DNA of 64,000 nucleotides from the human T2T-CHM13v2.0 reference genome, Homo sapiens. Position numbers and translations under genes: made by a program. The stretch lies in the NCBI RefSeq assembly GCF_009914755.1, contig NC_060937.1. One strand, given 5' to 3'. This document shows, piece after piece, positions 28,446 to 43,634 of the stretch (its first letter is position 1; each line of letters begins with the position of its first letter). The notes under the pieces were generated by a model that worked only from the letters and a program-made list of their open reading frames with translations, did no database searches and was not told where the DNA came from.

Positions 28446-30015
28446 GAGACTCTATATGGGCAGAGCCACTTGAACCAGAAGTCGAATCTCAGGGTGAAAA
28501 CACCATCATTGACATACCCAGTACAACGTTCACCTCCATTACAGGTCCAGTAAAGAAACATATATTTACTGAATTAAATGAAATTGAATTATTCGAGATA
28601 TGAGCCACTTATATCAATTGTAGGTGAGACCAGGCTCAGTATATTTCCCAAATTGCTTAATGATTCACATTCCATCCCAAGAGAAACAGATAAGATTTTC
28701 TTTTTCTTGAAGTCCTTATTCCTGGGTTGTAGTAGTCTACCTCAAGGTTTTTGAGGTCTAAGTCATAATTTTCTAAATTATTTATGAACATGTTCCTCAG
28801 AAACTACCAGGAAAAGTTGACAAGTCTTATGAAGTCAAGATAAATGACACCTTCTTCTCTCTTTCATCTGTAAGATCCATTACTCTGTCAAAGGAGTAAT
28901 TTAGATGGCTGTGATTTGTTCCTCAAAAAGTTATTTTGCTTCTTCTAGCATCCTCTCCTTGGGTGTGGTAATCAGCAGGTTTGGAGCTTAGTTGGAAAAT
29001 CTCACCAAGTGAACTAAAAACAGGAGGAGAGTCAAGGTCATAGTAAGTAGAGAAAAGTTGGCTTTTTAATTTGTCTTTTTTCAAATACTTACTACATAAA
29101 GATGTGTGCAGCAAATCTTTGTGGTAGAGCAAGGGTCATCTCTATGAGTGGTTGGGGAAATTTTCAGATTAAGAAAAATTAATTGCTTCAATTGGAACTT
29201 AGGTTACATTATATGGGGGCAAAGTACAAGAATGTCTATATTGTCTTTTAAGAGTCAAAGTTATCTGTATTTAATTGGGTTGTTTGGGTTTGTTTGCATT
29301 TTGATAAGATAGTTTCTCTGCCAATAAAGATGAAATAAAATGTAAGATAAAAATACATTAAAAGAGCAGGCACACTAGACAGATTTATGTCAATTACATT
29401 CTGATTGGCTTTGTATCCTTCCACTTTTTGCCAGCAGATATGGTATCTGGCTAGGTTGAAAGCCTTTCTGTTAATAGGATATGAGTAGGCTGGTCTTCCT
29501 ACAATGGTCATGTGTATTTCTTGGCATTTTAAATTTAATTTAGGGATGTATATATGTGTACACTTACACATATATATACACATACATATGTTATATATGC
29601 ATATATGTGTGTGTGTATATGGATGTTTATATGCACACATCTCATACATTTTTTATTTGAGAAAAATTAAAGTGAAAGAAAAGATTAAATATCATTTTTT
29701 CTTCCTTAAGCTATATTTCTTGCTTGAAAGATTGACTTTCAGGATATTATTAGTAATGCTGTACCCATGTCGCTCTGCACTCAATTCTTATATTTATCTT
29801 ATGACATTGTGTAGTAAATATTTGATTACATCTCTTTCTCTCCTCTAGAATTTGCATCATCCTAGACTCAAATAAATCTTATTTAAGATTTAAGCGAATA
29901 TTGTACTTGGCTAAAATGTTTACTTATTTATTGTTTCATAATGAGTTGTTTAAATTAGAGAAATATTTTTAGAGCTCGGGCCTGTAATATTTGTCAATAC
30001 CATTTTTAATATGCA

Positions 30016-30420
30016 TGTTCTTAGTCCATTTCATGCTGCTGTAACAGAATACTGCAGACTGGGTAATTTATAATCAATAGAAATGTATTGACTCATGATT
30101 CTAGAGGCTGGGAAGTCCAAGATCAAGAGGCTGGCACCTGGTGAGGGTCATCTTGCTGCATTATTCCCTGGCAGAAAGTGGAAGGGCAAAGAGAGGGTAA
30201 GCAAAAAAGCAAGAGGGGAATGAACTGGCTTTTAAAATATAAATGTAATAAACTCAGTCTTATGATAACAAACACACTACTACAATAGCAGCATTAATCC
30301 ATTCATGAACATGGAGCCTTCATGGTCTATTCACCTCTCATTAGGCCACACCTGCCAACAGTATTGTTTTGGGGATTAAGTTTCCAGTGTATGCTTTTTA
30401 GGGGACACATTCAAACCAAG
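30016..30420 (-). mobile_element. MSTB/C-like MaLR LTR
   Basis: cttagtccatttcatgctgctgtaacagaatac...ggggacacattcaaacca. Confidence 0.85.
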
Positions 30421-30463
30421 ACAATTAGTATAGCATGATAGCTAGTATTTAAAACAGAATAAA

Positions 30464-30774
30464 GGCCAGGCTCAGTGGCTCATGCCTGTAATCTCAGCAC
30501 TTTGGGAGGCCGAGGCAGGTGGATCATGAGGTCAGAAGTTCAAGACCAGCCTGGCCAAGATAGTGAAACCCTATCTCTACTAAAAATACAAAAAAATTAG
30601 CCAGATATGGTGGCGGGTGCCTGTAATCCCAGCTACTCGGGAGGCTGAGGCAGAGAATTGCTTGAATCCAGGAGGCAGAGGCTGCAGTGAGCCAAGATCG
30701 CACCACTGCACTCCAGCCTGGGTGACAGAGTGACAGAGTGAGACTCTATCTAAAAAAAAAACAAAACTAAACTA
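30464..30774 (+). mobile_element. AluS (Sg/Sx3-like)
   Basis: Complete dimer; TSD aaaacagaataaa 30451-30463 / aaaacagtataaa 30775-30787; small internal duplication of gacagagt. Confidence 0.96.
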
Positions 30775-32939
30775 AAAACAGTATAAAAGCAGGATTGGCC
30801 TTGACTCAAAAGCAATGTGAAGAATTGACAATAATATAGAGTTGCTTAGATATAGATTCTGATTCACCTCATTATTTGTGCAACTACTAATTACCTCCCT
30901 ATCCCTTTCATTACTCATTTATTTTTCTTATCACTCCAACTATTGATGCAGCCCTTAAAGTATGAGGAGTATCTCACAGAGAACAAAGACAGCAGAATTT
31001 CAGACAGATGCTTTTGTTATTCACAAAACAGTGCATTAAAATGTCAACCCCAACCTCACCCTGGGTGTGGAGATGATAGGAAAATTATATGTATTTCCTG
31101 AGCTGGTCATGGAAGAAAGAAGTCACTCCTGTAGGAACCAAGGGAATTCGTGCCTGGGCTCTGTTCACTGCGTCACCACACCCTCCCCTATCTAGTTTGC
31201 CTCAGCAAAATTCTGCTATGCTTCTTATTTCAGTTCCACAAGGCAATATAATCTTCAGGTGGTGGTTGGGTAGGGCCAATGCTTATCTCTGGGTTCGAAG
31301 CATCAGTAGCATTTATAGAATGCTAACATCGTAGTATCCTAATATAACAGCTAAAGTGGACTGATGTCTGAGCTAATTAATTAACAATATGAGACTTGAG
31401 CATCTCCTTTAAAATCTCCGAGCAGGCTTGTTTAAAGCCCACTGCCACATCCCTGTTTGCCTCACCCCAAGAGACTGAGACCAGGCACTCCTAACCACCC
31501 CAGCCCCCAGCAGCTGTACATCTTCTTCATGTAAAGTGGTAACATGGACACATTCACACAAGCATATTTGGATCCTTTTATTTACTCTCCTGTTTCTCAT
31601 CCCTCACCATCACCCATGCTTTAAACCTCAGCCCGAAAGTAATTGCCCAATGCAGAGCCAAAGACAGTTTATCCTTAGCAAGCCCCTGCAGCTGCTTTCT
31701 GGTCTTTTTGATATGCTTCCCTTTTGTTTTAGTAGGAGGAACTCACTTGAATGCTGCTCTTCCCTAGCTTCCTGCCCCTGTAGCCCCCTTCTTTCCCAGA
31801 AGTTGCCTGCTGGTTAGTGTGGCAACGGTGTTGCACACAGCAGATTGTTCTTTGAGGTATATATCACACATTCATTCATTAAACATTTAAGGATATGGTA
31901 TGTGCTGGGGTCCAACAATGGGATCAAAAGGTCCAAGAGACTTGGCCCCGGTCTTAAGAGCATTATTCTGGCAAGGGACCTTGGGCATCATAAGAAATGG
32001 GGATACCAAGACCACAAAGATCCTGTTTCAAGCCTAAAAGCAGAGGTGGTAGCAATGTGGGGAAGGAAGGCAAAGGGGGGAAGTGGAAGGCCACTCTGGG
32101 ATGTAAAGAAAGGGACCCTGAGTCCCATCCCATCCATCCAAGACAGGTTTGGTGCCTGCATGATGCCAGTGTCTGTGGATGAGAGCCGGCTGCTATGAAA
32201 GACCTTAAGCCCATCCCAGCATCTCTCTCTGGGGGACAACTGACACAAACAGGCTGCCACACAGTCCTTGGCCTCTCAATCATTTTCTGCACTTCCTGAT
32301 GGCATCTAGGATCCTAGCCTTGTCACACCACCATGCCATCACCACCTGGTCAGCAATCCCTCCACTCAACCCAAAAAGATGTTGTAGTGCAGCCCAGTCC
32401 TGCAATTGGATATGTGGAACCTGACAATCTCCCTGCATATATGTAAGCCCTGTGAGATCCCCAGACTGCTCTGAGGGAGAGTAAAGAGGATGAATTTAAA
32501 CTAAGTGTCATTTGAGGCTGGGTGGTTAGGCACTCATGTACCTGTACCCTGGAGGACCCTTTAGTGCACTCCAATCGGGGGTTAGAGGGAAGAGGACACT
32601 TTCATCACACAAGTATGGTAAACTAGATTTCAACAGAGGTGTAAACAGTGTACTAGCACACCTGAGGGAAGTTTTGAAACCATCATACTCCTAAGAGGTT
32701 AGATCACAGTTCTTGGTTATATCTGCATGGGCTGCCATGGACCAACTTGTGAAGAAGACTGGCGTGAGGGGCTGACCCGCCATCTTGACATAAGCATCTT
32801 CCCTTCTAGCCATGGACACATTTTTCTTCCCACTTCAGGAATATTTAAATTTCCAGGAAATTATATACTTCATAAAAAGTCATTTCTGGAATCCAGGCTT
32901 GGTCAAAAATATTGGGGAGGCATTAGGAGCATGTGGGTG

Positions 32940-33110
32940 GGTGAGAAAGAGCATGAAGGCTTTGGAGCCACATAAACATCTTGGAATGCTGGCTTCGCTA
33001 CTGACTAGTTATGGGACACTGGACAAATTATAAGTTTTCAGGCCTTCAGTTTTAAAATCTGTAAAATGGGGCAAAACTACTCAGCATCATAAGTTGTTTT
33101 TTCCTAAAAT
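32940..33110 (+). mobile_element. MIR
   Basis: ggctttggagcca...ctggacaaatta...cagttttaaaatctgtaaaatgggg. Confidence 0.7.
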
Positions 33111-33379
33111 CCTCAAAACGTGCCATATAGATATTTGTTTTCTTTGCCTAGTTGAAATCGTGGACTGTGCTTATAGGGGTTCTCCACAGTTTTCACTCGA
33201 AGAAGAGTGCTGGATCATGTTAATTTTGTTTGCATTAGTTTGATACATAAATATTGTAAATAACTACAAAACTATGCTTTACGTTGATCATGATAAGAAT
33301 GCTTTGTTAGATAAGTCATTATGAAGCTTGTTTGCAACCAATCACCTTTGTCAAATCTGGGAAATGGATGTAGACTGTT

Positions 33380-34150
33380 CTTTCTCTTCCAACCTCTACA
33401 TTCAAATGCTTGTCAATACCTTCTCTCCATTCCAGTTTCCTCAGTTACAGGCTCTCTTGATCTCTTAGCTTATGTCTTTTCATTCCCACTGTAAACCATT
33501 TTCTACCCTCCTGCTACTGGACTTACCTTCCCAAAAAGCAAACTGATCCTATCACTCACCTCATTACATCTTTCATTGGACTTTCTGTCCTAGATTGACA
33601 AGGATGGGCATGCAAGGTCCTTAATTAATGAAATAATTAATTTTTAATGAAATAATTTTAAAATGTATTTTCTTAGCAACCGATTATTTCTTCAGAGGAA
33701 ATCTGATTTAAAGCCTCATTTGGAAAATGAATAAAACTGGGCTGCTTTGCTTAAGCTCTGGAGTGGAAATCTGGAGCTCAACACAATCTCTTCCATTACT
33801 CCCACCTCCCCCTTTTCCCTGCAGTAAGTCTACATAGCCCAGTTTTTAAACCACTAAGTCTGGATTTGCTGAACTTATGGCCATTTATTGAACCATCCTT
33901 GTTCTCTCATGCCTCATCTAGAAATCTTGTTTTGTCCTTTCTTTTTCACACCATCTGTGTGAAAAATACTTCCTCATCCTTTAGTATTCTGTTCAAACAT
34001 TACCCTCAGTGCAAAGTCTGTGCTGACTACCTGGACAAAGTCATGGGTCTATTTTCATGTGACTGCTTGGCTATATTGCTGCTGGAAGCCAAGGAAATGT
34101 ATTATTTATCTTGGTGCCTGGACCATAGTGAGTACATCATAGATATGGAG
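33380..34150 (+). mobile_element. Degenerate L2, with a possible hAT (MER103-like) insert at ~33660-33860
   Basis: L2 motifs (aaactgatcctatcactc, tgcctggaccatagtgagtac); insert ends cagtttttaaaccact. Confidence 0.45.
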
Positions 34151-37100
34151 GGAGCTAATAAAACACAATTCATAAACTTACTAATTATTTTTCTTCTCTC
34201 AAATATTAACTAGTACTCAGGTCTCAGTCTGGATGTTGAGGATGTCTGTCCATATTCAGACCTATATATATTTATACATGCCTATATGCTTTTGTAGCCA
34301 CAAATACATACTGAACTCATTGAAATTGTGTTTGTGCATAAATATTTAGGGGGCATAATAACCATTTAAGGCATACAATCTCCATATATTTTCTTTTCTC
34401 TTTATATTCACCAAGCTCAGTAAAATCTTGCCTCCTGAAGCTAAATGTTTTATTCCTCATCCATGTTTAGTTCATCTTTTGTTCCTACGCAGTTATATTT
34501 AAAGATTTGTAGAAACACAATGATTGCTTGATACGTGCAGAATTATCACAGGAGCTCTGGCTGTAAATTGGGCAAATGTAAGAGAATGATTTTGACTCCA
34601 AAGGCCACCAGTGAGTCTTAGGAAACTGAACACAGTGGACTATGCCATAGATCCTGGAGCTGTAGTACCTGGATTATAGACCTGATACAAAAGAGACTTC
34701 ATAATAGCACATTTTTTTCATTAAGCTAAAGTGCTTAAGGTGAATTCATGGTGGAAACCTCATTAAAGGCCAGTAAGGAAAGAAGCTCTTGTATTGATAT
34801 TTTAAAATAAATGATGGGTTTATTTCTTTTATCTTTACCATGATGCAACCTTGCATCAGTTGATGGATTTTTCCCATGTCTTTTGTTAGTACCAAGTGAA
34901 AATAATTCCAGAATAGCATCTTATTAGTGTCACCCGAAAAAGAAAATCGTTGACACATTTTCAGAAGCAACTTTATATGCTCCCATTCATTTTTATAAAC
35001 AATAAATTAATTACCTTTAGGTATTTTATGGGAGACTTTTTCTTTTTCTATGCAACAACTTACCTGCATTGAATGGAAGGTATTTCATGAAGGTTTGTTT
35101 GATGCAACAGAGTTGTTATAAGGATTATTTGCATTACTTGTCCTAGTCTCTGCCTTGTATATTTAAAGTATCTGCTTATCCTTCTTAATATTGACAGTAT
35201 GTTAGAGATGGGAGTGTATAATATATCGCTTATGATATTTAAATGTCAAACACTCCTTCATCTAGCTAGAGTCCAGCTATATATAACTGCTCCCATTAAA
35301 TCTGTCTTATCTGTGCCTCAGTTAGAAATGTCAATTAAAGGAGGAATCTAATCTCATTAGAAAAGCTCAGTGACAGTACCATGATATTCACATTTATCTG
35401 TCAAATTGTGTCTCTTCCCACATTTTGATGTTTTAATTAAACCTTGATGTGCCTTAGCAGAATTTTTACTGATAGAGACCATTCTCTAAAGCAGTCTCTT
35501 CTTTTTATCGTATGTTTAAGACATTGTAAGAGCATGCATACTAGCAGGTATTATTTCATCATTGGTTTAATACATTTATAATTTATTTATTTTTGGCACT
35601 TCGTCTCAGGCAAGTGCTAGCCAAAGCACTGTGGAAACAGAACTGGTAGCCATTCATACCAATAGATGTTAGTTTATTTGGCTAAGAAATTGCTTTGTTG
35701 TAAAATGATCATCAGTTCTGGAAGAATAGTGTCTCATCATATGTTTACTTTCTATTGATATTAATAAACTCTTGCTTGCATTTTTCTGCAGGAGGTAAAA
35801 ACATTAGTAATGATAATAACAAAACTAAACAAATCCTTAGTCACATAGCATAATAGAAGACAATTATTTCTATCTTCAGTTTAATAAACTTTGTGTTAAG
35901 AAAATTACAAACCGCAGAGTTAGAATCTGAAAACAATTAAATGTGAGTAGATGGATTTGGAGGGTAGAGTTTGTTTAAGTAGGCATTTCTGTGCCAAATT
36001 ACTCTGCATACTTTTCTAATTGAAATGATCTTTGTATATGGGGAAATCTGAAAGGCTGAGAGCTAAGTCACTTTCTACAAGTCCTTTAATATTTATTTAC
36101 CTAGAAATATTTCAGCAGTTGTAGTTTAGGGGAAAGAAGTTTTGGGTGGCGTAGACTAACACTGATTTCACACATATATGCATTGCCCCAATAACTAAGC
36201 TATTTTGCTCAGAGTGAAAACATTCTACATTTTCTACCATATGTAATTTCTAGGAATCTGAATAAAATAATGTGTCTTGTCTCTTGATCTCTCTTTTTAA
36301 ATTTTTTTCTTAATGTACCTTTTCATTGGTTTTTCTACATGCATGTTCCAAAAGTTGGTCTGTTTTAAACTATATTTCTGCATCTAGAGGCATCCTGTTC
36401 TAGGGAAATGGGAGATGTCTAATTTTTGAACAACTTTAAATAGCTAACTTAAACATTAGTGTTAATATTTGACACCATCCAACACTTTTGAAATGAAGTC
36501 TTCACTTGTAGTCAGAAATATAAGTGGAATCAGGGCTAGGCGACTTATGTGTATAATTTTAGAGGCTTCTCCGAAACTCAAGCCTAAGAATAAATTTCTC
36601 TGTATGCGCATATTGGTAAGGGGTGAGAAGCAGGCCAGCTAATCCTAGAAATAGATTCCATGGCAAAGGGAGCTTGTTGCTTGACAGAGGGCCAAACTTT
36701 GAATGACTGGGATCTGAAGTATTCCCATTGTGTTGTCATCCTTTCACTTAATATCCTTTCACACTCTTGCTACTTGAACTGACAGCCCTAACCTGTTATC
36801 ACTACGTAGTGCAGCTCCATGACATAAAATATACAGCTAATTACAATGCACTTCACAGTGGCATATGACAGCAAGGGTGCTAGAAGAAGACCCGCCCAAG
36901 CAAGAAGCCACTAGATGCATTTAAGAGCTGCTTCCCAGGACAGTGACAGTAGAGAAATGCTCTGTGTTTATGTGTATATAATACATATATAATGCATAGA
37001 TTGCATATATGTGTATATGTGTATACACACACAACACAAACATATTTGTACACATTGTTAATTTTGTTCTTTAGCTTGCAGCAAAGATATAAAGTAAAAA

Positions 37101-39999
37101 AAGATCAATACATAAATTGAGTATTCAGAACACAGCAAACAGAAGTGACCTGTTTGGCAGGGCCTGGTTCTCTTAATCTGACAGTCTTCTATTTTTAACT
37201 GATAAGTATCATTTAGCTATTATTCTCTCTGCCATGATTTCAAAACAAACCAGTGAAAAGTGATATTTCAGGTTAAACTAATCATTTTGGCACTACGTGG
37301 CCCAGATATTGATTATTTTGCTTAAGTCAAGAGGATTTATGTGCAGATAGCTTATTCATCTCATTACCTCATTTGGGGTTTCTTGTCATATAAAATACAG
37401 AAATACGACTACTGGATGTGGAAGGAGTACTAACTTTTAAATATTTGGCATAGATATGTGAAATATCAAAGTCTGTATTGTATTTTGTTGCTTTATTCAA
37501 GTTTATATCATAAGCACATATTTATGGTTCTGATCAGCCATTTATATGGTGGGTTTCATGCCACCAGGATGTAGTATTTGTGTTAGATACTACATAGAAA
37601 ATGAACCTGACATCATGAGCTAACACACTGACACAGTTATCATATATTGACCGTGCACACATCTGAGGCATCATGCAGTTAGGTGTGTAATGTGTATGCA
37701 CAATGTCCACCCGTCGGAGAGCATACCTCTTCCATGATGGGACTAATGGAAAAAGAAGTAGAATTATACCTCAAGGAGATAAAATATATTCTCTTAAACA
37801 CAGACACACAATGGGAGAGGTAACAGCTACTGCCATCTCATTCTCGTTTTCCTTCATTGACCCAGAGTAGTTTCCCAAAACTTCCAAGGAGCCAAGAAAT
37901 GTGATCCACATGCCCGGCATGCCACTTTCATTCCCTGACAAATCATAAGGGCCAGAAAGTAATTCAGAGAATGAGATGTTCAAAGTGCATTTTAGGTGCT
38001 CACTTAATGACAGTGACAGACAAAATCACAGGTATATAGCTTTGGGGTAATCTTTTAAAACAGAAAATAATTTCATTTTTGGAGTGTACAACTTTACTTA
38101 CCTAAGTTATTACTTTCCCACTGGAAACGTAACCCATCATTAAATTTTCATCCAAGAAGGAAGGCGTTTGCCTGCAGTTACACACAACTCATCATCACAC
38201 TTTCTCATTACCATACACATCTCCTCCAATTCAGGGTCTCATTTTCCTTAGAAACACAGCTTGAAAACCTTCCTCTTCACCTATTTACTCAAGCAAATGA
38301 TGACCTTTCAAGCCAAGAAAATAACTATCACAAGTGAAAAGATATTTTTATTGATGTGGAGACCAGATTGTAGGTTATTCCACAGCAATGTATTCATCCC
38401 CCCCACTCAATAATTATAGTTTATTGCCTGTGTAAACAGTGCTGAAATGGTATTTAAGTACAACTCAGAGGTCAAAGCCATCTAAAAAAGTGTCTTGAAT
38501 TATTATTTTCATTGAATGCAAGGTAACTGAAACTATTCCATGGCTTGTGCTGACTAAGCACATCTGAGAAGCTTTGATCATCGTTTTTTATTGTTGTTTT
38601 TGTTGTTGTTTGATTTTAGTACATCTACTATTTCTATTACTGAGACACTGAAGGCACAAGATAGCTCATCTGTCAAGAAGTGTATGACAGTGGGCCTATG
38701 TGTCCTGCAACTAAATATTAAAACAGAAAGGTTTACTGACAAAGCAGTACTCTTAAGGTCAATAAAAGTTACAATGTCATATATTTGTATCAGGCCCCTA
38801 ATCAAGTTTGTAACATTCTCGCTGTGGGGCTTCATTTCCCTATTGTGGAAAGAGACTTAGAAGATAACAGTACATAACATTGGTGTGAGGGATGGGATTC
38901 ATAGCCATAGGTAACAGATACACTTTATTACACATCTGTTATCTACAGTTACTTTTCATGCTATTCCTCATTGTGTACTCCAAAACATGTGATAATCAGA
39001 TATATTAAAATGTGGGTTTTGGTATTTAATACTTAGTGGAGATAAAAGCACAATTTAATTTATGCATGTATGCTACTCTTTTTCCTCAGGGCCTCTTTTC
39101 TCCTTTTTGTTAAAGAAACACTGAGCAAATACCAAATATATACTGAAAAAGCAAGAAGTGCTTTTTTTTTTTTACAAATATGGTGGCAAAATGTTCATTT
39201 TGTGAATATTTTTATTATAACAAATATACAAAATAATTCTGTTAAAAAATAATCTGTACGGTGAGACAAATTTACACATTCTAGCCCCAGTGAATAAATT
39301 GTTTTATTCATAATAGAATCTTTGTGTGCTTTCAAGGCAGGCTATTAAAAGTTTTTTGTGGTGGAAACTTCTGGGTTTGGGATGAGTTTTCGTGCTATAA
39401 CACATGGTGTGTTCTTTTTTGTGTGTGCGATTTGGTCACAGTTGGCTGAAAGTCAATTACTTTGAATTTGGGCAACTTATGTTTGTAACACATCTAGACA
39501 GGGTGAATTTAAAGAATGACTACAATATGCAGAATGTCTGTAAACATGCTCACAGTTGAGCTCACTTTGGTATTTTAGATTTGTAGGAAATGAAGGGCAG
39601 AAATGATTACATATTTCCAACTCACATATAAGCAAATCTCTGAAAAATATGAAGCATTTTCCATCTGTAAAATGATCTAGTAGTGTGCATGTCAGTCTGA
39701 GAGGCAGTACACACTATGATCTGTATGTATCTAAACATTATTGCGGATAAGGGCAGGTGTGGTGGTTGGTGGCATTGGGAATATAGTAGTAAAAGATGAA
39801 GGGGATTGTTAAGGATTGAGACTCTCCATCTTTTTAGGCATACGGACAATAGATGGAGAAGAAAAAGCCAATAAGACAGAATGACTGACATTGTAATTTC
39901 TCACTAAACACTGGCTAAAACAATGAATGAGACAGTCAAACACTGCATTTGTCTCCATTTGCATAATCTTGATAAATCTGTGAATGGGTTTGACTATCT

Positions 40000-40278
40000 C
40001 TGGAAACCATCATTCTTAGCAAAGTATCACAAGGACAAAAAGCCAAACACCGCATGTTCTCACTCATAGGTGGGAATTGAACAATGAGAACACTTGGACA
40101 CAGGAAGGGGAACATCACACACCGGGGCCTGTCATGGAATGGGGGGAGGGGGAGGGATAGCATTAGGAGATATACCTAATGTAAATGACGAGTTAATGGG
40201 TGCAGCACACCAACATGGCACATGTATACATATGTAACAAACCTGGACATTGTGCACATGTACCCTAGAACTTAAAGT

Positions 40279-40309
<31 letters not shown>
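40000..40309 (+). mobile_element. Short 5'-truncated L1PA (about L1PA4/5) with (TAA)n tail
   Basis: L1 3'UTR ending gtaccctagaacttaaagtataat; TSD gactatctctgg 39992-40003 / gactctctctgg 40310-40321. Confidence 0.96.
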
Positions 40310-41084
40310 GACTCTCTCTGGCTTCAAATTTGTCAACAAATGCCTTTCAAACCTCCCTCTGGTGGTACTAAGCTAGGCCAAGGGAGCGTGGCTGAATGCT
40401 GTGCTTCTATGAATTTGTTTTATATTTTAAATGGATTTTGATAGTGGGATTTATGTGGCTTCGTCAAGCTGAGCTGGTGGCGTCAACAGGCAGGATTGGT
40501 TTAGTCTGGATCCAAAGAATGAAAGATGCAGGGTGCTTTCTTCCTTCTGCTTTTAATTGCTGCGTGCACCTTTGCAGGTCTTATGAAGGATAGTGCTGAA
40601 GGAATAGCGGAGAAGAGACGCTCACTTGATATAGAGCTTTATTCTAACCCCATCAACTGTCAAATTAACAACCTCTAAATTTAAGAGTGTTTTCGTTGAG
40701 TTTTTCTTGAACTTATGAATCTGTCAGTTGTGTATGAACTCCCTCTCCTTTAAGGTGACCTATTTAGCATAATGAAATATATTTATAATCTTCATTAAAT
40801 AAGCTGCCTATCATCATGCAAAGGACCCCACTTGATATCCCTGGCATACGTCCTTCATCCACCCAGTGTGGTTAAAGTACACCGTGCTTTGCCAATCCTC
40901 ATTTACCGAAGTTTTCTCTCTCTGAGCATCCTCCTCACTACTGTGTGTTTGAATCCTGCATATACTTAAAAATCCAGCTGAAATCCTGTCCTCCCAGAGG
41001 TCTTTTCGATCACCTCCATCCAAAGAGGCACCATCTTTGGAGTACCTATTATTTGGGTCTTGTGCTAGGGGCTTGCATTTGCCA

Positions 41085-41300
41085 GTGTAGTGGATATTGA
41101 TTCACACTTTATAGTCTGATTGTGTTCTGCTGTTTATCAGCTGTGTGACTGGGGCAAGTTATTTAACTTCTCTTAGTTTCCTCTTCTGTAAAATGAGTGT
41201 AATCAAAGTACAGTCTTCAAAGGAGTGTTCCGAGGCTCACATAAAAATGACATATATAAGGGTTACCACTGTACAGAGTCAGCACTTGGCAAGTTATTAC
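41085..41300 (+). mobile_element. MIR
   Basis: ctgtgtgactggggcaagttatttaacttctcttagtttcctcttctgtaaaatg. Confidence 0.8.
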
Positions 41301-43634
41301 TACTCCCAAGCCTCATTAGGGTCCTGGAAGGCAGGTAACAGTAATCTCTTTACAGCTAGTCAGTAAAGGAACTGGAATTTAAATCCAAAATGTTGGGGAC
41401 AATAAAATCCAGGGTCTTTTCTATTTTCCATATCTTTCCCTCATCTAAATTTAAGATATTGATCTGTAGCAAATTTAACCTTTATAATAAACTATATTCT
41501 GGTATAGTTTATGCAGATGCCCTATAACCCCAACTACATTGCCAGTGGAAAAAAAGGGCAGGTGCATCATGGCTTATGCTTAATAAGAGGGTCCCCCAAA
41601 ATGTGTTAATTGGTTGCTTAGTCGTCAGGATCACCCATTGTGTTTGTAGTTTTTGCTTTCTTTCTTTCTTTTTTTTTTTTTTTTTTTTGGTGATTGTATG
41701 GAGATTGGCATATGAAAATAAGAATACCTGCTTTATAAACACCAAGAAAATGCAGCACAAGTTGTGGTCCATGTTTAGAGATAGATAGATGTGAAGAAAA
41801 GAGAGCGGCTGCTCCCTTGGCTATTCTTTCATTATTTATTGTCCAGAAGTTTGTCAATGGATGTTTGTCAAGAAATAGAATTTTAACTTCGGAGGATGTG
41901 GGCTGCAGGCACCTCTTTTTTATTATACTATGCAGTGTCCAGTTTTGATTTTGCATTAACATTGATAACTTAGCTATATGATAGACTGAAGATTCACAGC
42001 AGAAGGGGGAAAAACAAGTAGGAAAAATTGGCCTGTTTTGAAGAAGGCACTACGTGTCCTTTAAATGCTCGTGTTTTAAATTGCAGGGAAGAAAAAGCTC
42101 TGATAGATGCTGGAACAGAAATCCCTTCTTAAGGACTGGACATTGCTAAGTCATAGGTTTGAGATGTTGGACTCATTCCTTACGTCCTTACAAGGGGGTT
42201 TTATACCATCCCATTCCTACAACATTAGGTTTAATAGCATGGATGAATCTTTGAATGAAATGAAATAGAAACGTAAAGGAAAATATTATCATTTAAAATA
42301 TACTGGACAGAGAATTGATGGACTCTGAACCTTGGGCAAAAGTACAAAAATACTAGAACATTTGGTTTGATTACTCAGGTTATAATTTATATGCAGACAT
42401 AATAGACTGTGTGTGACTTACTATTCAAAATGTAATCAAGTCATCCTTGATAGATTGGTATTTTGAGTTTTCATAACAAAAGCTTTTCTAGACACTATTG
42501 CATGACTCTCTTCTGATTTGGTATTTGAAACCAGATAATGGGATATCTTATAAATACACATAGACTTCTCTAGTATGTGCCCCAGGACCTGCATGGATCA
42601 TTCTGAAATAAAATCCTCTCCTGGGCATGGAAGGAATAAATGCTGAGGAAGTACTCTTGACTCTGGCATCTTGTAATATTTACCTCCATTTGCCTGGACA
42701 GAGATTACCCTTCAAGTGCTGTCAAGGACTTCTGAAATTGGTGAAATGCATTTTTTATCACTTTTCAAAAATGCCTCTGTGCAGCAATCATTACTCTGCA
42801 TGGAAACTACCTAGGGGTAGGGAAATAAAATTCATTACAAACACATGGGAAGGTCTTATCAATTGTGAAATGAACACATGTAGTAGATATAAGGAAATAA
42901 TCTGAATATGACTTTTATTCTTCTCATTGTCACTGCTCAACTATGATTGTTTTTAAATTTTTCCATCTCTAAGTTGAGAATGAATGCGTACCTAATAAAT
43001 TATTTATAGAGAAACATAAAATGTCAAGTGTCTAGCACAGTCCTTGGCACCCAGTACTTTCCAATTCCCTTCCCATCCCATAGAGAATTCATCACACTGG
43101 TCAACTATTACTGTGTCTGCACAATGGCAAATATTACGTCAGAGAGTAATAAGTCAAAACACATGACTAGTAGCCTTTAATGGATCTGCTTCATTTCACA
43201 TCTCAGCAAAATGTTTATTTCAAATTAATGTGTCCTGACATAAGGAGGGGGTGTTTTCAGCCAAAATATTTAATTTGCAGCTGCTTCATGATTGATAAGT
43301 TGTCACAGGGCCATGTGTAAATGATTGCTCTGGTGACAGGCTATTGAAGATAAGGGATTTAAACTGGGATGTTAAATATAAGATGGCAGTTAGCTTCAAT
43401 ATGTCCCTAGCCTCACTCATTTGAACTCCATAGTCTTTAAAGTGTTGAGTACTTGAAGGAACCCTATTGTCTTTTTTCTTACCACTGGTAGTCATATATA
43501 AATAACAGAAAGATGGGACAATCAGTTGGAATTTAAATAAAGCTTATAATTTAGGTTTTTGACTTTGTAAGATGGCAATATTGGTCCAGCACATTTTGAG
43601 AGTTTGCTAGCCTGCTCAGAAACCTCTGATCAGT

